A stretch of 64,000 nucleotides of DNA from Candidatus Kaiserbacteria bacterium (GTDB lineage Bacteria > Patescibacteriota > Minisyncoccia > Phycocordibacterales > UBA2100): the NCBI GenBank assembly GCA_963767115.1, contig CAVYCR010000005.1, positions 25,582-89,581 of the forward strand, given 5' to 3'. Made by a program: the position numbers and the translations under genes. A model generated the notes under the pieces. It did not search any database. It was not told the DNA's origin and was given only the letters and a program-made list of their open reading frames with translations. Below, one piece after another: positions 36,433 to 46,700 of this stretch (position 1 is the first letter of the stretch; the number at the start of each line of letters is the position of its first letter).

Positions 36433-36482
36433 GAGAGTATAGCAAAAGAGAATTAGTGATGTCGGACATCACTATATTGTTG

Positions 36483-36555
36483 AGCCGACTCCCGGATTTG
36501 AACCGGGGACCTACCGCTTACGAAGCGGTTGCTCTACCAGCTGAGCTAAGTCGGC
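36483..36555 (-). tRNA. tRNA-Thr (anticodon CGU)
   Basis: Hand-folded: GCCGACT acceptor, anticodon arm ACCGC-TTCGTAA-GCGGT, T arm CCCGG-TTCAAAT-CCGGG. Confidence 0.85.
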
Positions 36556-36603
36556 GTGCTCAATATCCTACGTCATTATCGACCTATTTTCAATTCGATC
36601 GTG

Positions 36604-36676
36604 AGCCGATGCCCGGATTTGAACCGGGGACCTACTCCTTACCATGGAGTTGCTCTACCAGCTGAGCTACATCGGC
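36604..36676 (-). tRNA. tRNA-Thr (anticodon GGU)
   Basis: Hand-folded: GCCGATG acceptor, anticodon arm ACTCC-ATGGTAA-GGAGT, with the same T arm as the neighbouring tRNA-Thr. Confidence 0.85.
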
Positions 36677-36895
36677 TTGTGCTGGCGATGATAGCATGCC
36701 TATCCGTTCGTACAAAGAAACACGGGGGGAATTGCTGCAGAGGTCTGACCTCTGCAATTCTAGCTACTAGAAGTACCCGAGGATATGCGCGATGATCGCT
36801 ACAAATGCTGAGAGAGCCAGCACGGCAATGATGACACTCAACCACTTGGGCGCGTAATAACGAGACTTCGGTGGAAGTACCATACGATTATTCTA

Positions 36896-38176
36896 TCAAA
36901 CTGAAATGAACATCCCGACCGCCGCGGCACCCATGAGGACGAATGTCCCCCATACGAAGACCTTCGACCACACTCCACTTTTATATTCGCCCATGATCTT
37001 TTCGTTGGATGAAATTCGCGCGATCAGGAATATGAGCGGCACTGCAGCAACACCGTTGAAGACCGCCGTGAAGACGAGCGCCTTGATAGGATTGATGCCG
37101 ATGAAGTTGATCATGAGCCCGATAATCGTCGCGATGGTGATGACTCCGTAGAAGCCGTGCGCACGCTTGAGCTTGAGGTTGAGGCCGCTCTCCCAATTGA
37201 GCGCTTCGGAGAGCGCGTACGCGGCCGAGGCGGAGAGTACCGGCACTGCGAGAAGCCCGAGGCCGATCACACCGATCGCGAAGATGAGCTGCGCCACAAA
37301 CCCGGCATCGGGGAAGGTGCTCACGAGCGGCTCGAGCGCGCGCGCCGCGTCAGAGGCTGTCGCCACGTTGGTGATACCGTTTGCGTTCAGCACCGTGCCT
37401 GCGACGACGACGATGCTCCAGCTCGCGACCTGCGAAGAGAGCATGCCGACGAAATTGTCGATGCGCATGGTGCGTAGGTATGCGGGCGTGATCTTGGGCT
37501 TGCTCTCCTGTAAGAGGTTCTCTTCTTTTTCTTCCTCGACTTCTTCGGATGCTTCCCAGAAGAACATGTACGGCGAGATCGTCGTCCCGAAGACGCCCGT
37601 GATGATGAAGAGGAATGCAAAGCTGAGCTCGATGTGCGGCACGAGTGTGGCGCGCAGCAAGGTGCCCCACGGCTCATGCACGAGGAAGAGCGTGAGCGGG
37701 TACGAGATCAGCGCGAGCGCGAGCCATTTGAGGATGCGCGCGTATACCTTGTAGCTCGTGAAGATTTCCAAGACGAGAATAAAGGCGGTGAAGACGAGCG
37801 TGAGCAGGGTGAAGTTGAGTGGGATGACGAGCTGCGCGGCAGCACCCATGGCGCCGAGGTCAGCGCCGATGTTGATCGTGTTGGCGGCAAGCACGAGCGC
37901 AATGGTCAAGTAGAGAATCCACGCGCCGTAATACTCCTTGATGACCGCTGCGATGCCCTTGCCTGTGACGGCGCCGATACGTGCGCACGCTTCCTGTGTC
38001 GCTGTCATGAAAGGCAGAAGCAACAGCACTGTCCAAAGTTGTCCGTAACCAAACTGCGCGCCCGTCTGGCTGTAGGTGGCGATGCCGGAAGGGTCGTCAT
38101 CGGCGGCACCGGTAATAAGGCCCGGCCCAAATACTCGCCAGAAGCTTCGAGACCCGTCCCCTTCGTCCCTATCCAT
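36896..38176 (-). CDS. NRAMP-family divalent metal cation transporter
   Basis: 426 aa with about 11 TM. N-terminal signature GPGLITGAADDDPSGIATYSQTGAQFGYGQLW. Confidence 0.85.
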   Translation of the reverse strand: MDRDEGDGSRSFWRVFGPGLITGAADDDPSGIATYSQTGAQFGYGQLWTVLLLLPFMTATQEACARIGAVTGKGIAAVIKEYYGAWILYLTIALVLAANTINIGADLGAMGAAAQLVIPLNFTLLTLVFTAFILVLEIFTSYKVYARILKWLALALISYPLTLFLVHEPWGTLLRATLVPHIELSFAFLFIITGVFGTTISPYMFFWEASEEVEEEKEENLLQESKPKITPAYLRTMRIDNFVGMLSSQVASWSIVVVAGTVLNANGITNVATASDAARALEPLVSTFPDAGFVAQLIFAIGVIGLGLLAVPVLSASAAYALSEALNWESGLNLKLKRAHGFYGVITIATIIGLMINFIGINPIKALVFTAVFNGVAAVPLIFLIARISSNEKIMGEYKSGVWSKVFVWGTFVLMGAAAVGMFISV

Positions 38177-38216
38177 CTGAGGATTGTAGCATTACCGAAA
38201 GCACCTACGGTTCAGT

Positions 38217-38366
38217 TCAGAAGGGAGAGAGTGCGGACTGTACGCCTTGAACCGTAAAATCATACGCCGCCTGTATATTGAAATTGAAGACAGCCAAATA
38301 GACGAAGACGACCACAATGGCAAAAAAGAGTAATTTTGATCCGGATTTGTCATTGTGATATCGCAT
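38217..38366 (-). CDS. possible 49-aa membrane peptide upstream of the NRAMP gene
   Basis: MRYHNDKSGSKLLFFAIVVVFVYLAVFNFNIQ... It is a short ORF with weak support. Confidence 0.3.
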   Translation of the reverse strand: MRYHNDKSGSKLLFFAIVVVFVYLAVFNFNIQAAYDFTVQGVQSALSPF

Positions 38367-38389
38367 CACTACCAGTATACCCCGCCGCC

Positions 38390-38432
38390 ACAAAAGAATC
38401 GGACCCGCCGCGAACATTTTCGCGGCGGGTCC
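38390..38432 (-). terminator. Rho-independent terminator after 38454..39347
   Basis: GGACCCGCCGCGA-N6-TCGCGGCGGGTCC (13-bp stem). On the minus strand it is followed by GATTCTTTTG. Confidence 0.7.
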
Positions 38433-38453
38433 TGTGTGTGTTGCGAGCTTACT

Positions 38454-39347
38454 TCAGCCCTCCTGTCCGGTGAGCGCCGGCGGCGAGCCGTACGAGACCG
38501 AACGCGTCAGGTCGATCTCCCGATGAACCGTCGTCTCTTGTGAGAACCCAGGGCCGCTTGACCACGTTGTGGCGTCGCTCGACCAATCCTGAGTGTAGTT
38601 TGCCGTCGATCCTGTAGAACCGATGAGAAGCGACGACGCCTGGAAGACGTCGGTCGCCGTATTGCCGCCGATGGCGTCGGGGCCTTGCAGGAGAGACCAA
38701 GAGCTAGTTGTGTCGTGCCCGGAGTCCGATTCCAAGTCGATTATTCCGTTCTGGCCTAAGTCGGAAGAACGGCCGCCAAACACGATGTCTGACGAGGCAG
38801 TCGTCTGCGAGAAACCTGGCGCCGTATACTGATAGTTCGCCGTGGCCAAGTTGCTCCCTCCGCTTGCATTGAAGATATCGCCGGGCGTCACCGACGAATC
38901 GTCATAGCGATTCAAGGACGTATCGAGTTCGCTTCTTTCCGAACCGAACGGGTTGGTATACCCGCCGATATCCTGCGTCTGTCGCGAGCTAGAGTCGAAG
39001 TGATCCGAGATACCCGCCGCCCGGTCAACGAAATCATCTTCCGTAGATGTAGAAGTCGTTTGGTCGTACCCGGAGGTCGTACCAAAGGGGTTGGTGATCA
39101 GCTCCGAGCTGCCCGCGACAGCGGTAGTCATGTCGTCGTAGGCGAGGGTCGTCGGCGTCACCACCGTACTCCCTTTGTTGGACAAGGAGATCCAGGAATC
39201 GTATTGGTCCTTGCCATTGAGGAAGTCGTCAGCGGAGTTAGCGACGTAACTGTCGTTCCAAGCCGTAGTCTCAACTGCTGTAGGCATTTTTAGTCTCCTC
39301 AAAAGGCCACTTTTAGCCGCTCGCAATAATATACTGTATTTTGACAA
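38454..39347 (-). CDS. hypothetical acidic S/T/D/G-rich protein
   Basis: 297-aa low-complexity ORF directly downstream of the 622-aa membrane protein gene. Confidence 0.5.
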   Translation of the reverse strand: MSKYSILLRAAKSGLLRRLKMPTAVETTAWNDSYVANSADDFLNGKDQYDSWISLSNKGSTVVTPTTLAYDDMTTAVAGSSELITNPFGTTSGYDQTTSTSTEDDFVDRAAGISDHFDSSSRQTQDIGGYTNPFGSERSELDTSLNRYDDSSVTPGDIFNASGGSNLATANYQYTAPGFSQTTASSDIVFGGRSSDLGQNGIIDLESDSGHDTTSSWSLLQGPDAIGGNTATDVFQASSLLIGSTGSTANYTQDWSSDATTWSSGPGFSQETTVHREIDLTRSVSYGSPPALTGQEG

Positions 39348-39380
39348 AAGTCAATATCAGTGTCTATAAGAGGTTAGTCT

Positions 39381-41249
39381 CTATTGTGCAAAGAGGAAGT
39401 CATTACTTCGCGCTGGCAATGGCTTCACTTGATAGCAAAAACGTCCGTTGCTCTCCCCCGCACAACTCGTCTTGAGGAATTTCCCGCCGTCGAATTGGGC
39501 GTACGGAGTACTGGTGCTCTCGAGATCGGCGCCGAGCGTATAGACAGCACCGGAGAGGGTGTACGGGTAGCTGGTGTTGTCGAGCGGATCGAGCGGCACC
39601 GTCTTGAGGTAGGTCGGCTCAAGCGTTGCGAGCGTGGATGGATAGCCGCCTTCGGCGCCATGATATGACTGCAGCGCGAATTGAATTTGCGAAAGGTCGA
39701 GAAGACGCGTGTTATCACGACTCTCCTGGACCGCTTCTTCGAGACTCTGACCGGTCACATCTTGATATGCGTCGCTGATGGAAATGGTCGAGGTCGGCGC
39801 ATCGATAGTGATGGGCTGATTGATATCGCTCAGGGTGAGATCGGCCGTCACGCGCACCTGCTTGCCCTTAAGGCTCTCCATCGCGTCGGTCGGGACGAGC
39901 CGCAGCGAGCTTTCAAACTTGTGCGGTATGCCGCTTGTCTCCGCCCAGATCGTGACAGTGAGATTGGAGGCAAGATACTTCGCAAGCTGCTCCCCTTCCG
40001 AGCTCTGGAGATATGCGAGCGTCGCCGGGTCGAAGTGCACGGTACTTGATGCTTCGCCGGCGAAGGCCTGCATCGCATCGTTATAAAAGACCGGCAACGC
40101 GGCGGCATTCAGCGTGAGGTCGTACTCATACAACGCCTGGCCGTCTTCTTGCACCAGGACCGGATCAGACGACGACAGAAGGTTGTCTTTTTCCTCGAGC
40201 GTGAGGATCGTCTGCAAGTCTTTTTGGCTTTGCGCTTGCGTCGTGTTTAGTGTTTGTGGAACATCACTGTCAAATGGAAGCATGCTCGCGTACTGCTTCT
40301 GGTCCTGTGGTGTTATTTCTACCCATTGGTTTTTGATGGCAGAAATATTTCCAACAAATCCGGGTATTTTGGTCACGATGCCGTAGTAATTGTCTCCGAC
40401 TTTCTCAAACTGCGCGGCGAGGCTCGCGGTGAGGTCCTCGGAGGAAAGGTCAAACGATATCGATGCCTCGCCATCGGCGCTCGTAGCGGTCTTTTGCGCC
40501 GCGCCGCTCACGTCGAGCGTCGCATCAAAATCAGATGGCACGAGCGCTGTCAAAAACTCCATAGCTTCGAGCTGGGTGCTTGTACTGTCTTGGGGTATCA
40601 CAAGGGCGGTCGCGTCTGGGTCGCGTGCCTGCGTATACACATGCGCTTTGACATCCCACGCACTCGTCTGTACTTGTGAGAGTCCGAGGGCAACACCACT
40701 CAAGACCGCGCCGGTCGTGTAGGGCGGATGCGAGAGAAACGGCAGATAGTGATACGCGTACTCTTCGATGAGCGGTAGTTGATCGGTCTCGTATGCATAC
40801 GCCGCGCCGCCGATAAGCGCGATGAGAAGCAGTGCAATGATGGTCAATAGTATGTTGCGGCCCGTATGCCTCGTGTGCTGCACAGGTATCGAGGTCGCAG
40901 GAGTCGGACGAGTCGATGATGAGACTGCAGAAGTATTGATTGGAACTAGAGGCTGCGCTGCGCTATGCGGGAGTCCTACATCGAGACTTGTGTCTTGTGG
41001 TTGTGGTTGTACCGGTGCCGGTGAAACTACTGGCTTCTCGGAGGGCACCAGTGGCGCCACAGGAGCTTCGGGTGAAGAGCTCATCGCAAGTGCCTGCGCG
41101 ATCATCTCAGGCTGCCAGCCATTCACCGCAAGCGCGGTAGCGATCTGCGCGTCGCTCTCTCCGGCCGCGCGACATGCACGGACATATGCTACCCCGTCTT
41201 GTATCGTTGCCATCTTATGTATAAGTGTGACATCTACATGAAGCGGCAC
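39381..41249 (-). CDS. membrane protein with C-terminal type IV pilin/pseudopilin-like globular module
   Basis: 622 aa (start possibly MATIQDG at 41213) with one TM (ILLTIIALLLIALIGGAAYAY). The C-terminus SRDNTRLLDLSQIQFALQSYHGAEGGYPSTLATLEPTYLKTVPLDPLDNTSYPY matches the pilin-type D..R..DL..I..AL..Y....G.YP pattern. Confidence 0.65.
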   Translation of the reverse strand: MPLHVDVTLIHKMATIQDGVAYVRACRAAGESDAQIATALAVNGWQPEMIAQALAMSSSPEAPVAPLVPSEKPVVSPAPVQPQPQDTSLDVGLPHSAAQPLVPINTSAVSSSTRPTPATSIPVQHTRHTGRNILLTIIALLLIALIGGAAYAYETDQLPLIEEYAYHYLPFLSHPPYTTGAVLSGVALGLSQVQTSAWDVKAHVYTQARDPDATALVIPQDSTSTQLEAMEFLTALVPSDFDATLDVSGAAQKTATSADGEASISFDLSSEDLTASLAAQFEKVGDNYYGIVTKIPGFVGNISAIKNQWVEITPQDQKQYASMLPFDSDVPQTLNTTQAQSQKDLQTILTLEEKDNLLSSSDPVLVQEDGQALYEYDLTLNAAALPVFYNDAMQAFAGEASSTVHFDPATLAYLQSSEGEQLAKYLASNLTVTIWAETSGIPHKFESSLRLVPTDAMESLKGKQVRVTADLTLSDINQPITIDAPTSTISISDAYQDVTGQSLEEAVQESRDNTRLLDLSQIQFALQSYHGAEGGYPSTLATLEPTYLKTVPLDPLDNTSYPYTLSGAVYTLGADLESTSTPYAQFDGGKFLKTSCAGESNGRFCYQVKPLPARSNDFLFAQ

Positions 41250-41350
41250 AAGGCTGCGGCTGTGGATTGCTGTACAATATCTCTGTGAACGTCTTGCATC
41301 ATCAGCATACGCGCAAGCGCGCAGAGCCCTACCCTTCGCGCGATTGGCGC

Positions 41351-41626
41351 ATGCGCCTCTTGGACCAAATCGTATATGTGGCAGGTGTCGTCGGGCCGCT
41401 CTCGACCATCCCGCAGATACTCAAGATATACATAGGCCACGATGCCGCAGGCGTCTCCATCGCCACGTGGCTCATGTACGCGATCTTCGACACGCCGTGG
41501 ATCGTGTATGCATACGTGCACAAAGAAAGGCCGCTTCTCGTCTGCTATGTATTGTGGTTTGTCTTCAACACCGCCGTCGCAGTCGGCGCGATCATGTACG
41601 GCGGCAACTATCTGGCAGGGCTTTAG
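41351..41626 (+). CDS. SemiSWEET / PQ-loop family transporter
   Basis: The start is trimmed to MRLLDQIVYV (91 aa, 3 TM). PQ motif in LSTIPQILKIY. Confidence 0.65.
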   Translation: MRLLDQIVYVAGVVGPLSTIPQILKIYIGHDAAGVSIATWLMYAIFDTPWIVYAYVHKERPLLVCYVLWFVFNTAVAVGAIMYGGNYLAGL

Positions 41627-41703
41627 GCGCGAAGAATCGCACTGGATAATCCGCAGTGCCTGGGGTATGGTTAGCCGAGCTGAAACACGTATGAGGGATA
41701 GCC

Positions 41704-42291
41704 ATGATGAGCTCGATAGTATCTCTCCCCGCCGCCTATAAGGAGCAACTGCGGATCCGCGAAGCGTTGACAGTAGGATTTAGCCGGCAGGTTGAGGGGA
41801 TCGGATACACCACCTTCTTCGACAACCAGCCACGATCGTACTCAGGCCGTATCAATCCCGATATGGTTATCATCGCGGCGGGATCCGGATACCTCGTTGT
41901 GCTTCGGGGTCCCGATACGCTTCTCTTTGAAATACGAGGCATGGTCCCCCAGTATCCTGCCGAGGCCGGCATGATCAAGGGCTTCCAAATACTTGCGTTT
42001 CTCGTTGCCGTGCCCGCGCTAAGCCTCTTTCTCTCGTTGATACTGGGACTGGGCTGGTGGAGCCTTGCCATGGTAGTGCTCGGCTTCATCGGCACCCTCA
42101 TCTACTTCTTCTTGGTGGAGCCGCCTCTGCAGGCCGTACGTGCGGCATCGTACGGAGCGGTCTATGTTTGGAAACAGTCGCATGGTCAAAGAGAAGCACG
42201 CGCGCAGTATCGCGAGATCGTGCGGCTGCTAAGCGCCTGCAATATGCGCGACCTCAAGGAAGTCCACCAGATATTGATCAAATGGATTTAA
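41704..42291 (+). CDS. hypothetical membrane protein
   Basis: 195-aa ORF with two or three central TM helices and a terminator at 42301-42333. Confidence 0.55.
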   Translation: MMSSIVSLPAAYKEQLRIREALTVGFSRQVEGIGYTTFFDNQPRSYSGRINPDMVIIAAGSGYLVVLRGPDTLLFEIRGMVPQYPAEAGMIKGFQILAFLVAVPALSLFLSLILGLGWWSLAMVVLGFIGTLIYFFLVEPPLQAVRAASYGAVYVWKQSHGQREARAQYREIVRLLSACNMRDLKEVHQILIKWI

Positions 42292-42300
42292 GACCACCTC

Positions 42301-42333
42301 AGGCACCCGGCAAACCCGGGTGCCTTTGTTTTT
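42301..42333 (+). terminator. Rho-independent terminator
   Basis: AGGCACCCGG-CAAA-CCCGGGTGCCT followed by TTGTTTTT. Confidence 0.75.
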
Positions 42334-42462
42334 ACATGTGAAGTCTCCGCCTCTCCAATTCCTCTAATGCGCGACCTCGTAGACGCTGTTGGAACCAGAA
42401 TACGAGGCCACGACGCCTATATCTTTATACCAGATTTGCGCTTAAAAGCCGAACAAGCGCCT

Positions 42463-43290
42463 TTATAAGCCCCTAAACAGCCGTGCAAAGAAGCTCATAG
42501 CAGCTTGCCACCAACACGCGCCAAACCACGTACAGGCTTTAGGAGCGACTACAGGAGCAATGGGCGGAGTAGCTACAGTGCCACCCCTTGAGTCTGTTTG
42601 TATGGTACTGGTAGGAAATGTCTGGGAGGTCGGCGGTTGCTGCGAGGTATATGCACTACTTTTGGAAGATGAGGGCGGTTTGGATGTTGGCTGCTGTGAT
42701 TTAGCAGGTTTGGATGTCGGTATGAGAGTTGGCGGCACAGCTACAGTTGAGACGGTAGTAGTACTTGTCGCCGTAGTGGTGCTGTTTTGATATCCAACTG
42801 CAGATGGTCCACTTATGACGCCTCCTCCACCACCTCCGCTCGATGAGCTGGAGTAAGATGAACTGCCACCCGCTCGCCAAGTCGTCACCACTTCACAATT
42901 GTCGCAATCGAAGGTCATGGTGCCGAAAACATTTTGAGCTACCGTGTGGCCGTGGAAAACGCCGTTGTTGTCTATCGTTACACCCGAGAAGCTAATCCAT
43001 CCCGTGCTGGCACCCCACGCATAGCCGCCAAGAGTGCCGTTACTATTAGTTACTCCACCATTATCAGGCGCAAGGTTTATCCAGCCGAAATTGGCAGACC
43101 AGATATAACCAGTGAGCGCAGTATCGGTTACTGACACATTGCCGCCATTGGCATCCCAATTGACCCACCCACCGTTGTCATTCCATGCATAGTGATTAGT
43201 GGCATCAATCGTGCCGGTCGCGGCGAACACTATAGCAGTGCTCGATAGAAACAGGAAAGCAGCAATAAGGATTAGTAAGTATTTTTTCAT
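42463..43290 (-). CDS. secreted protein with GW(I/V)N repeats and S/T-rich tail
   Basis: Signal peptide, then the repeated GGWVNWDANGG / FGWINLAPDNGG / TGWISFSG motif, followed by a poly-S/G/T/P linker and a hydrophobic C-terminus. Confidence 0.7.
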   Translation of the reverse strand: MKKYLLILIAAFLFLSSTAIVFAATGTIDATNHYAWNDNGGWVNWDANGGNVSVTDTALTGYIWSANFGWINLAPDNGGVTNSNGTLGGYAWGASTGWISFSGVTIDNNGVFHGHTVAQNVFGTMTFDCDNCEVVTTWRAGGSSSYSSSSSGGGGGGVISGPSAVGYQNSTTTATSTTTVSTVAVPPTLIPTSKPAKSQQPTSKPPSSSKSSAYTSQQPPTSQTFPTSTIQTDSRGGTVATPPIAPVVAPKACTWFGACWWQAAMSFFARLFRGL

Positions 43291-43787
43291 TGCTTTGTTG
43301 AAGTACTCTGCACGTTCACGGGGCCTGCGTTGACCACTTGGTGCGTACTCGGGCGAAAGAGCACCGCCTTGCCTGCAGTGGGAAAGAGGAAGAGCACATC
43401 GCCGTTTTGAACATTCACGTAGAAGGGCTGCTGAACTCTAAGCACGGAAGCGTTGGTGACGGTCGCTATTTGTGGCTGTTCTTGTGGCACGATCATGACT
43501 TGCTGTAGTTCTGCGAGAAGCTCAGAGCTTGAGGGTTGTGAGACAGCGTGATGCCAAATAAGCAGACTGATGATCAACAAAATACACACCCCGAGCGTCG
43601 TATATTGGCGACGACGCGTGCCTATAAGCAAACGCAAAATTCGGATATACCACTTGCGAAGCCGAACTCGGAATACAGCCCTGCGCGAAGTGATATGGCT
43701 ATCTGCAACTGCAGAAAGAACAGGTTCTTCGGAAGCAACGGACAGTGTCTTTGCTCTTCGAATTGTCTTTTTCGGGAGATCATCCAT
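43287..43787 (-). CDS. hypothetical single-TM protein
   Basis: 166 aa. Its stop overlaps the downstream gene start by 4 nt, and it lies 6 nt after the giant gene. Confidence 0.55.
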   Translation of the reverse strand: MDDLPKKTIRRAKTLSVASEEPVLSAVADSHITSRRAVFRVRLRKWYIRILRLLIGTRRRQYTTLGVCILLIISLLIWHHAVSQPSSSELLAELQQVMIVPQEQPQIATVTNASVLRVQQPFYVNVQNGDVLFLFPTAGKAVLFRPSTHQVVNAGPVNVQSTSTKQ

Positions 43788-43793
43788 ACAATC

Positions 43794-46700
43794 CTAGTTG
43801 TTCTGTGTTGGGGTAGTCGAAGCGGTATCATCTGCCGATGAAGTGGCGGCGTCTGAGTTGCTATTATCTTCTGAAGTTACAGCCTGGACTATCACCGTGC
43901 GGGTAGAGGTAGATGTGAGGCCGTTAGCATCGGTTACTACATAGTAGATGTGATAAGTGGCCGGGGCACTAGTATCTATCACCGCTTGGCTCATGGGTGT
44001 TGTCCCAACAAAGGTTTGGACGCCGAGGTTGAGGTCAGCCTTAGGGCCAGTAATAGTTGCGCCGAGGTCTGAATAGGTATCGCCGAGGTTAATAGTTGCC
44101 GGATTATCGCCGTTTACTTGAATGATGGGCGGGGTGGTAGAAGCCGAGGTATCGCTGCTTTGTGGGTCTGTATCATCAGAACCGCTCGACTGCTGGCCAC
44201 TTCCTGCAAGCACAGTAGCAAGTTGGTCGCCGGTGACGCATACGCTCGTACCGTCGGATTTTTGGACACAGAGCTTTTGGAAATTGCCGGTGTTTGCGGT
44301 AAGAATGTTCGTTGTAAATGATTGAGCAAAACTGGCAACCGTCTGCTCTAGCGAAGCAATTTCAGTTCCAAGCGCTTGTATAGCTTTCACCATAGGTGCG
44401 ATAAGACCGACATAGTTAAGCGTGAGTGTGCCATTAGGCGTCAGCGCAGTTGCAGAGGTTGTGGAAACAAGCTCGGGGAATATTTGCTGCACCTGCTGCG
44501 CGATAAAGCCGAGGTTTGTGCCATCTTCTTGGTCGAGGCGTGTGTACGAAACAGGATTAAGACCTTCAATATCAGCAAGTGAGGACGAGGCGTCGAGCGA
44601 GAGTATGTCCGTTTTGAGTCGCTGGTCGGATGATTGATAGATAGAGCCAGAGTATGTGGCATTGCCATTATCAAATACAGCAAACACTGTAGTTGAGGCA
44701 CTATTCACGACTGCAAACGGAGAAGTAGACGCAGTGTCGGTGCCCCAGACTGTAAGGCGGCTGTAAGGAGTGGTAGTCCCGATGCCGACGTTGCCGGTTG
44801 AGATGGCGCTCGTCGATGCGAGGCCGGTCGCGAATATTAGGTTGCCTATGTCTAAACTGGCATATGCACTATTAGATAGTGCGCTCAATTGATTACCGAT
44901 GATAATACTATCCTTATCTGTAGTGGGCTGATTGGCATCAGTAGAATTACCAAGTCCTATAATAATATTATTGCTACTGCCGGTTCCCAACTTATAGCCC
45001 GCTCCGCCACCAATTGCGATGTTATTACTCGCTTGGGTATTTTGAAAACACGAATTTGCCCCAAGACACGTATTACCAAAAGCTGTAGTTCCTGCCTGGC
45101 CAGCATTATATCCAACATATACATTTGCATTACCGGATACTTGAACTTGTCCAGCAAATGCACCTACAAAAGTGCCCTGATTCCCAGAAGTATTATTTTT
45201 ACCTGCAAAATAGCCGAGGGAAGTGTTGTAGAAACCCGAAGTAATTGCCGTCAGACCTTGATAACCTACCGCAGTATTAAATCCTGGATTCGATATTGTC
45301 GCACTACTTTTAAGCGCTTGATATCCGAGCGCAGTGTTATATGAAGAGGAGGTTGCATTCTGTAATGCTTGGAACCCAATAGCGATATTTCCCGCAGCAC
45401 TAGTAGAAGCAAGGAGATTTGCTCCCGCACTTTGACCAACAAGAAGAGACGAGTTTGTGGTTGAAGCTTGGAGGATAAGATTGCCGTCGATTTGATAGCC
45501 GCCAGTAGTCCCCAGAGTATTGAGGCCGTTATTGAACGTCTGCAAAACAGTCCATGTGTTGACGGTATTCGTTTGCGCACCACTACCACTAACAAGACAC
45601 GAGCCATTGATCGCAAAACATCCGCCTGTAATGTTGACGCCGTTGGCGATGGTAGTTGAACCAGTATTGTCGATTGAAAATAGGGTTGTTGTCGCTCCGG
45701 GAGTCGAGCTAGCAATTACGAAAAGGGTGGTATTGGTGTCACCGCTATTAGCTGCGATAGAGAATCGTGCGTAAGGCGAACTTGTGCCTATTCCGAATTG
45801 TCCGCTTGAAACTACCGTGGTAGATGCAAGTCCAGAGGCAAATAAAAGATTTCCGATATCAAGGCGCGCATAGGCATTATTTGGAAGAACATTTAATTGA
45901 TCTCCTATTTCAATACTATCTTTTGCCGTTGTGGGATACACATTGGAATTATTACCCCCAAATCCAATGAGTACGTTATAACCGCTGCCTGTCAACAAAT
46001 TATATCCCGCATTGGTGCCTATTACAGTGTTATCACTGCCTTGAGCGTTAGAGTAGCAAGCACCGCTGCCAATACAAACGTTTCCGAACCCAGTCGTATT
46101 TGAGAATCCGGCCTTGGAACCTATAAAAGTGCCACTGGAAGGATTAGTGACGGACGCGCCGGCAAGATAACCAATTGCGGTTATGTTAGCCCCCGTTGTG
46201 TTGATACTAAGAGCCCCATACCCGAAAGCGGCATTGTTGCTTCCAGTGGTGTTTGCCGAAAGTGCTGTGCTACCAAACGAGGTGTTATAGGAAGAAAGTG
46301 ATGCAATCGGTTGGCCGCTAGGGGTTTTTACAGAGCCGACAGAGGATGAATCAATACTGGCGTACAAAGAACTCTCGGCACCATTATCAGACACTGTTAT
46401 CCCCGATCCTACAAGCGGTGATGCGGCCACATAGAGTTGATAATCGTTCGTGCCGATACCTTGAAAATTGAATGACATGCTTCGTCCAGCTTCGATGCGC
46501 AAACCTTGGCCGTATGGACTTCCCGAAGTCTCAGCATTATTAACATTGATGTAATACGGCTGATCGGTGGAACTATCCGCCGTAACATCCAGTGCGGCAT
46601 AACCGAGATACGGGCTGATTAACTGGAGCTGATTGAATGATATTGTGTCGACGAGACCTACAAGCGAAGAATCCCCGATCTGTACAAGATTACCAGGCTC

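Noticed and set aside
38177-38400. Manganese (yybP-ykoY) riboswitch upstream of the NRAMP transporter
   Set aside because: The upstream region contains a short hydrophobic ORF and -10-like TACAAT/TATACT boxes close to the start codons. It has none of the conserved riboswitch helices or motifs that I could recognise.
38454-38480. PPALTGQEG at the C-terminus of the 297-aa protein as a sortase (LPXTG/LAXTG) sorting signal
   Set aside because: The protein ends four residues after the motif, with no hydrophobic anchor or positively charged tail. No other large protein in the window ends with a sorting signal.
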